Part shown: positions 56,878 to 64,000 of the stretch, piece after piece
How the letters are laid out: each line of letters begins with the position of its first letter
How positions within the stretch are numbered: position 1 is the first letter of the stretch
NCBI GenBank assembly: GCA_903828955.1
Contig: CAIKOA010000006.1
Coordinates: 441 to 64,440 of the forward strand
Direction of reading: 5' to 3'
DNA from: an uncultured Candidatus Micrarchaeota archaeon
GTDB taxonomy: Archaea > Micrarchaeota > Micrarchaeia > Anstonellales > Bilamarchaeaceae
DNA: 64,000 bases
The notes under the pieces: model-generated
Databases searched by the model: none
The model's input: the letters and a program-made list of their open reading frames with translations, nothing else
Told to the model about the DNA's origin: nothing
Position numbers and translations under genes: made by a program

Positions 56878-58221
56878 GAGGAACAGGATTCCCCACCAAC
56901 CGCACGCAATGCTTCCAATTGAAATTAAATAGTAAATCAAAACCATCCCAATCCCCAATTGCAATATTCCGAAGAAGAATAGCGCCGTATTCCCGAAATT
57001 CCTAATTCCCAGAATTCTTGCAATGCTCGCCCCAATTCTTGGAATCAATATTGAGAAGTTCAATAGATACGCCATCATTCCAACTGAAATCGAGCCTCCA
57101 TAGATCCTCGCAAGCAGAATAAGGGATGCAAAGGAGGAGAAGAGGTAAGCAATTGAAGCGACCTCTCCCGCCTGCTGCCCGCCCAATGCAGCCAGAACCG
57201 CAACCATGCACGCCCCGATTTGCACCAAGGATACATAGTGCAGCCCGAGTGCGTGCACAAGCATAATCATTTTCTTTTCAAAATCGAATTTCCAGACATT
57301 TTTTGCATATTCAGGAAGAAGTTCCATCACTCCAGCAATGTACCTCATATGTTGCGATGCAAACCTCCCGAATTTCTTTACCGGAGCGCCTATTGCATAA
57401 ACCTTTGCAACATGCTCCCCCTTCCATCCTTTCCAGAGAAGATGGAGGGAAACCGCAATATCCTCGATTAGGGAATGCGGGAATCCCCCCACTTCCCTGA
57501 GCGCAGAAACCCGCAGAACCCCGCATGAGCCAGTGAACAATGCAACCCCCTTCCTTGCATTCATTGGCTGCACCCTATTCAGGAAAACCGCATTTGTATA
57601 GTTGGAGGCCTTCTCGAAAACCCCGTCGCCCCTGCATTCCTTGTTGGTTTGCACAAATGCAATTTCCGGCTTTTCAAAATGCCCCATTGTTTCCAGGAGG
57701 AATTTCGAATCCACAATTTCCTCATCCGAATCAAAAACCGCAAAGAATTCCGCATCGGTTTCCGTCAGGAGCGCATTAAGCGCGCCCGCTTTCCCGCCTT
57801 CCCGGGTCCCTCTCTGGATTAGCCCCACCTTCTCTTCTTTGCAGAGCGCCGCAACCTCTTTTCCGTTTTCCGAATCATCCAATACAAAAATTTCCATCTT
57901 GCCCGGGTATTCCAGTTTCTTTATGGAACGCACCGTTCTCCTAAGCACTTCGATATCGGGTTTATACGCGGGGATTGCAACGGCCAATTTTCCAATTTTT
58001 GCATTTTTTCCAAGCATTTTCACATTAGGGTCCAGCCCTTCCCCCTCTGCAAGGTAAACCGCCCCGCTCACGTTGAAGAAAAGCGAAAGAATTGCAATCA
58101 GCAACGAAATTCCAGCTAAAATTTGCCAATTCCCCTGCGCAGAAAGCAGCCATTCCCCTGATGCAACTGCCATGAGCAAGGAGAGCAGAAATACTGCAGC
58201 TATGACCGGAAATCCACGCAT
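56845..58221 (-). CDS. GT2 glycosyltransferase, processive (cellulose synthase-like) membrane type
   Basis: LDDS, KAGALN, FDSD, FVQT, FTGS, IED, QHMRY (QxxRW variant); flanking TMs. Confidence 0.85.
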   Translation of the reverse strand: MRGFPVIAAVFLLSLLMAVASGEWLLSAQGNWQILAGISLLIAILSLFFNVSGAVYLAEGEGLDPNVKMLGKNAKIGKLAVAIPAYKPDIEVLRRTVRSIKKLEYPGKMEIFVLDDSENGKEVAALCKEEKVGLIQRGTREGGKAGALNALLTETDAEFFAVFDSDEEIVDSKFLLETMGHFEKPEIAFVQTNKECRGDGVFEKASNYTNAVFLNRVQPMNARKGVALFTGSCGVLRVSALREVGGFPHSLIEDIAVSLHLLWKGWKGEHVAKVYAIGAPVKKFGRFASQHMRYIAGVMELLPEYAKNVWKFDFEKKMIMLVHALGLHYVSLVQIGACMVAVLAALGGQQAGEVASIAYLFSSFASLILLARIYGGSISVGMMAYLLNFSILIPRIGASIARILGIRNFGNTALFFFGILQLGIGMVLIYYLISIGSIACGWWGILFLSNPAFILLRR

Positions 58222-58307
58222 TTAGAATACCCTGTTCCTAAACCTTCCTCCCCACGTATTTAAATATTATCTAAACATCTTCTTAATTGTCTTTTATAGG
58301 TGGGAAT

Positions 58308-59309
58308 ATGCTGAGAGTGGGAATTTCAGGTTTTGGGAGAATCGGAAGGATGTTTTTGCGCGCCGCAGTTGACCAGAGCGCGCTGGGGCGGGACTTTGAA
58401 GTCGTAATGATAAACAACCGCAGCGACGAATTCGTAAACGCGCACTTATTCAAGTACGATTCTGCCCACGGGCGCTTTAAAGGAACAGTCGAAGTGAAAA
58501 AAGGCCTCCTTACGGTAAACGGGCACCAGATAGAATGGACTTCGCAAACCGACCCCAAAAGAATCCCATGGGGGGAGAACAAAGTTGATGTGGTTATTGA
58601 ATCCACAGGAAAATTCAAGGGGAAAGCGGACGCGAGCGCGCACCTGGAAGCAGGGGCAAAAAGAGTAATCATCTCCGCGCCCGCTGAAGGCTGCCCCATG
58701 ATTGTTCCCGGAGTGAATATGCAGACCGCGGACAGGAACGAGACCGTATTTTCCCTTGCTTCCTGCACAACGAACTGCCTTGCCCCTGCGCTTAAAGTGC
58801 TTAATGATAATTTCGGGGTTGAACGCGGCTTCATGACGACCACGCACGCATATACGAACGACCAGAACATTCTGGACGGCTCGCACAAGGATTTGAGGAG
58901 GGCGCGCGCAGCCGCAGTTTCAATCATTCCGACTTCCACCGGTGCCGCAAAGGCAATCGGCTCCGTAATTCCGGACCTTGCCGGGAAAATGGACGGCTTT
59001 GCCCTCCGCGTTCCGGTAGTTGACGGCTCGATTACGGACATTACCGTACAGGTGAAGAAGCCCGCAAAGAAGGAGGAAGTGAACGCAGCCCTCAAGAAGT
59101 CAGCGGAAGGCCCGCTCAAAGGAATTCTCCAATATACTGAAGAGCCGCTTGTTTCCGTTGACATAATCGGAAACCCGCACTCTTCAATTATTGATGGGCA
59201 GCTTACAAACTCGCTAGGAAACATGGTAAAGGTCGTTTCCTGGTACGATAACGAGTACGGCTACTCAAACCGGCTCGTGGATTTCGTTAAATACATGAAG
59301 AGTTGGTGA
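58308..59309 (+). CDS. gap: Glyceraldehyde-3-phosphate dehydrogenase, type I
   Basis: GFGRIGR, KYDSAHG, ESTG, ASCTTNCLAP, IIPTSTGAA, SWYDNEYGYS. Confidence 0.95.
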   Translation: MLRVGISGFGRIGRMFLRAAVDQSALGRDFEVVMINNRSDEFVNAHLFKYDSAHGRFKGTVEVKKGLLTVNGHQIEWTSQTDPKRIPWGENKVDVVIESTGKFKGKADASAHLEAGAKRVIISAPAEGCPMIVPGVNMQTADRNETVFSLASCTTNCLAPALKVLNDNFGVERGFMTTTHAYTNDQNILDGSHKDLRRARAAAVSIIPTSTGAAKAIGSVIPDLAGKMDGFALRVPVVDGSITDITVQVKKPAKKEEVNAALKKSAEGPLKGILQYTEEPLVSVDIIGNPHSSIIDGQLTNSLGNMVKVVSWYDNEYGYSNRLVDFVKYMKSW

Positions 59310-59318
59310 AACGGAGAG

Positions 59319-60046
59319 GTGTCAGACATCCAAGAAGAAAGAATAAAGCCACAGCACATCGCCTTCATCCCTGATGGAAATTTGTGAAAACAACCATAAA
59401 CAGGAGATGGGGCGAACTGCATGGCATTCCGCGCAAGGAGGCCTACGAAACCGGAATCCGCAAAATCAGCGACATCCTCGGCTGGTGCAGGGACGAGAAC
59501 ATAAGGAACGCGACCTTCTGGGGTTTTTCCACCGAGAATTTCGGCAGGGACCCGAACGAAATCTCTTCCCTTTTCGAGCTTTTTGAAAAAGACCTGGTTG
59601 CAATCCTTACGCGCAAGAACGATGCCCTGCGGCAGAACGTGCGCGTGCGTTTCTTCGGAAGAATCAACCTTTTCCCGAAAAAGGTTTACGACCTCCTCCG
59701 CAAAGTGGAAGAGATGTCTGCCAACAATACGGATTACAACCTGAACATCCTCCTTGCTTACGGAGGAAGGGCGGAAATAGTGGATGCAGCCAACGCCGCG
59801 CTTAAGGAAGGCAAAAAAGAGCTTTCTGAAGAAATCCTAAGCGCGCACATGTACACGCACGGGCTCCCGGACCCGGACATGATAATCCGCACTTCCGGGG
59901 AAAGGCGCACAAGCGGCTTCTTGCCATGGCAAACGGTGTATAGCGAGCTCTATTTCAGCGAGAAGCTCTGGCCGGATTTTTCACGGGAGGATTTCATGGA
60001 CGCGCTCCGTTTCTACGAGAAAACGCAAAGGAGATTCGGAAAATGA
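59319..60046 (+). CDS. uppS: Cis-prenyltransferase UppS, join(59319..59379,59400..60046), 235 aa after removing a 20-nt insert
   Basis: Exon 1 from GTG gives MSDIQEERIKPQHIAFIPDG(N); exon 2 gives RRW...FSTENFGR...AYGGR...IRTSGE.RTSGFLPWQ..YSELYF...WPDF...RRFGK. Confidence 0.9.
59380..59399 (+). other. Candidate 20-nt bulge-helix-bulge mRNA intron
   Basis: Central helix AUGG:CCAU flanked by two AAA bulges; removal restores GAT GGA AAC AGG AGA TGG (DGNRRW). Confidence 0.8.
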
Positions 60047-60393
60047 TTGTGGAAAATTTGCAAAACGGAAAAATCGTAGAATGCAACTCTGCCACAACTT
60101 CCTTCCAAAGATTCCGGGGGCTGATGTTCCGCGGGAAAATAATCCCCATCCTCTTTGATTTCAAAAAGAACGGAATATTCCCAATCCACTCCTTCTTCGT
60201 ATTCTCCAAATTCGTTGCATTCTATATCTCTTCTGAAGGGGAAATCCTGGAGGTTTACCCAGTGAACCCCTTCCAGCCTTACGTAAGCAATGTGGGCCCA
60301 GCCCGCTACCTTCTGGAAATAGACCATATGCGGGCGGCCTGGTTCAGGAAAGGAGACAAGGTGAAGATAACATGCTCGGGTGGAAAATCCTAA
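60043..60393 (+). CDS. DUF192-like protein
   Basis: ATTSFQRFRGLMF, IHSFFV, ARYLLE, GDKV. Confidence 0.8.
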   Translation: MIVENLQNGKIVECNSATTSFQRFRGLMFRGKIIPILFDFKKNGIFPIHSFFVFSKFVAFYISSEGEILEVYPVNPFQPYVSNVGPARYLLEIDHMRAAWFRKGDKVKITCSGGKS

Positions 60394-61703
60394 ACGAAGG
60401 CGAATATGAATTGCAGCTTCCCCGCTTAAGCGAAGAGGAAGAGCAGGTAATCTCGCTTGTTGAAGAGCGCTTCAAGGAGGAGGCGCGCAAAAGCGAATTC
60501 GCTTCGGATAAGGACGTTCTCTCGCTTCTGCGCAGTTTATTGGTTGAATATTCAGAAAAGGAAGGAATAATGCTCGACCACGACCAGATCGAATATCTTT
60601 CCGAAATGGCCCGCCTCCATATTTACGGATTTGCATTCCTCGACCCGATTCTCAAGGATGGAAATGTAGAAGAAATAAGCATAATCGGCCTGAACAAGCC
60701 CGCCTACGTATTCATCCGCAAAAAAGGCTGGCAGACCGTAAATGCAATGTTCACCGATGAGAAGGCGCTCACCGATGTAATCAACAAGATGGCCAAGCAT
60801 CTGGGGAGGAGAATCACCCTCCAGAAGCCCAAACTGAATACGATTCTGCAGGATGGCTCCCGCCTCCATGCAACCCTCCCCCCTCTTTCAAACGGAGAAC
60901 TCACCCTAAGAAAATTTACAGAAGAGCCTTTCTCCCCAACCGATTTAATTTCTCTCAAAACAATGCCTGCGCGCGCACTTGCCGCCCTCTCCTTCATAAT
61001 GCAGGCAGACATGTCGCTAATTGTTTCCGGGAACACCGGAAGCGGGAAAACAACCACCCTGAACACCCTTTTTTCTTTTGTTCCCGCAAACGAGCGCGTA
61101 GTTCTCGCAGAGGAAAGCCCGGAAATCCGCATTCCGCACGCACAGCAGGTCCGCCTCATTGCAAACGAGGAAATGGGGGTTTCCCTAAAGGATTTGGTTT
61201 ACGATACGCTCAGGATGCGGCCGGACCGCTTCGTAGTTGGCGAAGTCCGAAATAAGCCGGAAACCGAGGCTCTTTTCGATTCCCTTCTCGGAGGCCAGGC
61301 ACGCGGCTGCTATGCAACTTTCCATGCGCAAAGCAACGCAGAAACCTTCCGCAGGTTTGCGCTCTTTGGAGTAAGCGAACTGGATTTCAATTCCATAGAT
61401 GCAGTCCTTGTGCAGAGGAGGATTCTCCGCTACGACCCGAAGAAGAAAACCAATTCCGAAATAAGGAGGATGACCGAAATCTCCTTTGGCCACAACCACC
61501 AGGTTCTCTTTTCTTACGTTCCCTCTACAGATTCCTGGAAGGAATCCAGGCTCTCGGATTTCGCAGAAGGAATCTCCTCTTCCCTTGGAATCTCAGAAAA
61601 GGAATTCCAGAAGGAGTTTGCAGAAAGGGAGAAATTCCTCAAAAAGGGCAGGAAGTTCAGCGAGTTCTTCGCGGATTTCCAGAAAAAGTTCTATGGGTTG
61701 TGA
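60372..61703 (+). CDS. Type II/IV secretion (CpaF/TadA-like) ATPase
   Basis: DGSRLHA, GNTGSGKTT, LRMRPDRFVVGEVR, ATFHA. Confidence 0.9.
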   Translation: MLGWKILNEGEYELQLPRLSEEEEQVISLVEERFKEEARKSEFASDKDVLSLLRSLLVEYSEKEGIMLDHDQIEYLSEMARLHIYGFAFLDPILKDGNVEEISIIGLNKPAYVFIRKKGWQTVNAMFTDEKALTDVINKMAKHLGRRITLQKPKLNTILQDGSRLHATLPPLSNGELTLRKFTEEPFSPTDLISLKTMPARALAALSFIMQADMSLIVSGNTGSGKTTTLNTLFSFVPANERVVLAEESPEIRIPHAQQVRLIANEEMGVSLKDLVYDTLRMRPDRFVVGEVRNKPETEALFDSLLGGQARGCYATFHAQSNAETFRRFALFGVSELDFNSIDAVLVQRRILRYDPKKKTNSEIRRMTEISFGHNHQVLFSYVPSTDSWKESRLSDFAEGISSSLGISEKEFQKEFAEREKFLKKGRKFSEFFADFQKKFYGL

Positions 61704-63301
61704 GAATGCTAAAATCTCTCTTCAAGCTCTCGGAAAGCCTTCCTCCCCTTCCCGTCAAAACTTCTTCCGCAAAATATGCGCTTAAATTCGATGCAGACCC
61801 GGGGAAATACGCAACCCTCTGCCTTCTGCTCTCGTTTTTCCCATCCTTTCTTCTCTCGCTTATTTTCATACAGGAACTCCTCTTTATCTTTGCAGCCTTT
61901 TTCCTCTTCCTCGCCTTGTTCTTCATCCTTTTGCTCATGCTCCCCAAATCCGTATTCGAAAAGCACAGAAGGGAGGTGGAAGCAGAGCTCCCTCTTTTCC
62001 TGCGCACCCTCAGCATGCTCCTGGAATTGAAAATCCCCTTCCACACCGCGCTCGAAACCCTTTCCAGGGAGCAGTTTGCGATTTCCCCTGAGCTCCGGGC
62101 AGCAGTAAAAGAAATAAAAAGGGGCGCAACCGTTGAATCCGCGCTCGCAACCCTTGCAAAGGAGTTCGAATCCCTGGAAATAAAGCGCGCAATCGCCCAG
62201 GTCCTTTCTTCTTACGAAAGCGGAGGGGGCGCAGAGGCAATCCGCAAGATCTCCGACGATTTATTTTCAGTCCAGCAATACCGGCTGAAGGAATTCTCCT
62301 CCAAACAATCCATTTTTGCGCTCCTTTTCATCGCGGTTTCCACAATTCTTCCAGCGGTATTCCTCATTTTTTCCGTTCTTGGAAAAACCGTTTTCCAAAC
62401 AGAAGTGGACCCGCTTACCTTTGCATTAACTTTCCTGGTTGGTTTCCCGCTTATTGCAGCCGGGATAATGTTCGCTTCTTCCCTCTTCTCCCCGGCGCAC
62501 CTTCTTGAAGGAGAAAAGAAGAGAAGGGAACTTCTAATTCCGCTCGTGCTCTCAATTTTCTTAGTATTCCTATCCCTTTCTGATTTCAGCCAGCTCATAA
62601 AGATGGGGGCTCTCCTCATTTCTCTAGCAATTGCAGTAGTTCTCTTCCTTCCCTCATTCAGGAGAGGAAGGTACAAGGAAGCGGTTGAAGCGGGCCTCCC
62701 GGATGCCCTTCTTTCAGTTTCCGGAAACCCAAAGCTTGCCAGATTGGATTCCATCCTTTCCACAATGCGCGCATCCGCCTGCCCTCAGCTTGCAAACGAA
62801 CTCTCAATTTCCATAAAGCAGGCGCACGCAAACATAAAAGCGGAAAAAGTCCTGGAGGATTTATGGATGCGCAACTCTTCCCTTATTTTGCGCAGGGTTT
62901 GTATGTTCTTCACCTACCTCTTCAATGCAGGGGCGGATGCAGGCAAATACGTGAGCCTGATGGCAGAGGATATTTTCCGCCTCTTCGAGTTGCGCAGAGA
63001 GCGGCAGAACGCCCTCTCAATCCAGAAGTACACACTCATGTTCGGAGCCATAATCCTCCCAGTAGTCCTTGGAAATTCCCTTTCCCTAATCGCAAACATT
63101 TCGCAATCCCTGGAAATGGGCACAGGAATACTAGAAATCGCCTCCTCCGTAATCCCTGCATACATAGTGATCTATTCCCTTCTCGCCTCCTATTTCATTT
63201 CCGAAGCCGAAAGCAAGCCATCTTCCTTCCTTATTTACTTCGCTTCCCTCGCAACCGCAGGCACCATCATCTTTTATCTCTTTTTGGGCACAACCCTCTA
63301 G
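61700..63301 (+). CDS. Type II secretion F-family membrane protein with two F domains
   Basis: ELPLFLR and GLPDALL domain starts, multiple TMs; follows the ATPase. Confidence 0.82.
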   Translation: MRMLKSLFKLSESLPPLPVKTSSAKYALKFDADPGKYATLCLLLSFFPSFLLSLIFIQELLFIFAAFFLFLALFFILLLMLPKSVFEKHRREVEAELPLFLRTLSMLLELKIPFHTALETLSREQFAISPELRAAVKEIKRGATVESALATLAKEFESLEIKRAIAQVLSSYESGGGAEAIRKISDDLFSVQQYRLKEFSSKQSIFALLFIAVSTILPAVFLIFSVLGKTVFQTEVDPLTFALTFLVGFPLIAAGIMFASSLFSPAHLLEGEKKRRELLIPLVLSIFLVFLSLSDFSQLIKMGALLISLAIAVVLFLPSFRRGRYKEAVEAGLPDALLSVSGNPKLARLDSILSTMRASACPQLANELSISIKQAHANIKAEKVLEDLWMRNSSLILRRVCMFFTYLFNAGADAGKYVSLMAEDIFRLFELRRERQNALSIQKYTLMFGAIILPVVLGNSLSLIANISQSLEMGTGILEIASSVIPAYIVIYSLLASYFISEAESKPSSFLIYFASLATAGTIIFYLFLGTTL

Positions 63302-63313
63302 AATAGTGATAAG

Positions 63314-63778
63314 ATGGACCCGCTAACTTCCATAATTACCTTCCTTTCCGTCCTCCTCAGCAACGAGTTCATCTTCTTTGCAGTAGTAGCCGCAATGGTT
63401 TTCCTCACTGAAAAAAGAAAAGACAAAAGGGCAAAGATAATCCTTGCAATGATAATCGCCTGCGTCATGGTGATTGGATTGAAAATGTTCTTTGCAGAGC
63501 CCCGCCCGTGCGAAGGCACGGTGGGAATCGTAGGATGCCCCTCCTTCCTTTTCTTCGGCTATTCTTTCCCTAGCGGCCACGCAACAATCGCATTCCTCCT
63601 TATGCTTGCCTTCCTGGACAAGCCCTCATTCCCATTCTATTGGCTTTTCGCATTCTTCGTTGCATATAGCCGCATTTTTCTGGGAGTGCATACTTTCGAG
63701 GATATCGCAGGAGCGCTCGTGCTTGCGCCTATTGCCTATTACCTAACGGATTTGATCTGGGTGAAGTTCCATGGCTAA
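63314..63778 (+). CDS. PAP2-family phosphatase
   Basis: KMFFAEPRP, SFPSGH, SRIFLGVHTFED. Confidence 0.92.
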   Translation: MDPLTSIITFLSVLLSNEFIFFAVVAAMVFLTEKRKDKRAKIILAMIIACVMVIGLKMFFAEPRPCEGTVGIVGCPSFLFFGYSFPSGHATIAFLLMLAFLDKPSFPFYWLFAFFVAYSRIFLGVHTFEDIAGALVLAPIAYYLTDLIWVKFHG

Positions 63779-64000
63779 GGATTCCAAAAAGCACCCCAAA
63801 CCCCCTTCCAGGGCCCCCAGCGGCAAGGCTTTCATGGACCGGGAAACCCAGAGGCAATTAGTACACATCCTATTAGGAATTTTTCTCATCACCCTCCTTT
63901 TCTTCCTTGGAAAGAACAAGATGCTCTATTTCCTTTCCGGAACCCTCTTTCTGGGCTTCCTTCTCATCAATTTGGTAGTCCGCGGCTACAAGGTCCCGAT
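63771..64000 (+). CDS. Putative dolichol/phytol kinase-family (SEC59/VTE5-like) membrane protein, partial
   Basis: Manual translation MAKDSKK...MDRETQRQLVHILLG followed by hydrophobic segments; ExxRQxxH N-terminal motif; runs off window end. Confidence 0.6.
   Translation, partial: MAKDSKKHPKPPSRAPSGKAFMDRETQRQLVHILLGIFLITLLFFLGKNKMLYFLSGTLFLGFLLINLVVRGYKVP

Noticed and set aside
59384-60046. ORF-track uppS starting at GTG 59384 (MKTTINRRW)
   Set aside because: The start lies inside the insert and the product would lack HIAFIPDG with the catalytic Asp.
1-64000. CRISPR array, rRNA, integrase or transposase
   Set aside because: I saw no regularly spaced repeats, rRNA signatures or recombinase motifs by eye.

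Overview
Gene-dense archaeal chromosome segment. Archaeal information-processing genes, ADP-forming acetyl-CoA synthetase, a bacterial-type GAPDH, many orphan surface proteins and Tad-like pilus loci suggest a DPANN archaeon, probably Micrarchaeota (inference). Housekeeping genes include nreA (partial), tfe, fibrillarin, acdAB, a beta-CASP nuclease, Lhr helicase, map, ksgA, the rps19e-rpl39e-rpl31e-eIF6-rpl18a-pfdA-ftsY cluster, pheS, deoxyhypusine synthase, dtdA, fen, mbf1 and gap. There are five tRNAs (Arg-TCG with an intron, Gln-CTG, Cys-GCA, Lys-TTT, Val-GAC), two type IV/Tad pilus loci and several secreted-protein clusters. The main finding is that uppS (59319-60046) is interrupted inside its catalytic DGNRRW motif by a 20-nt insert that folds into a canonical bulge-helix-bulge. 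Cleavage at the standard BHB positions exactly restores the frame, which makes it a candidate tRNA-endonuclease-spliced mRNA intron. Also notable are a conserved hairpin element behind two tRNA 3' ends, a detached tRNA-Lys 3' half with a hairpin leader, a candidate surface-filament protein family (34335 and 9356-14693), and two Cys-patterned paralogues with a possible C-terminal sorting signal. All calls are by eye; no searches were run.
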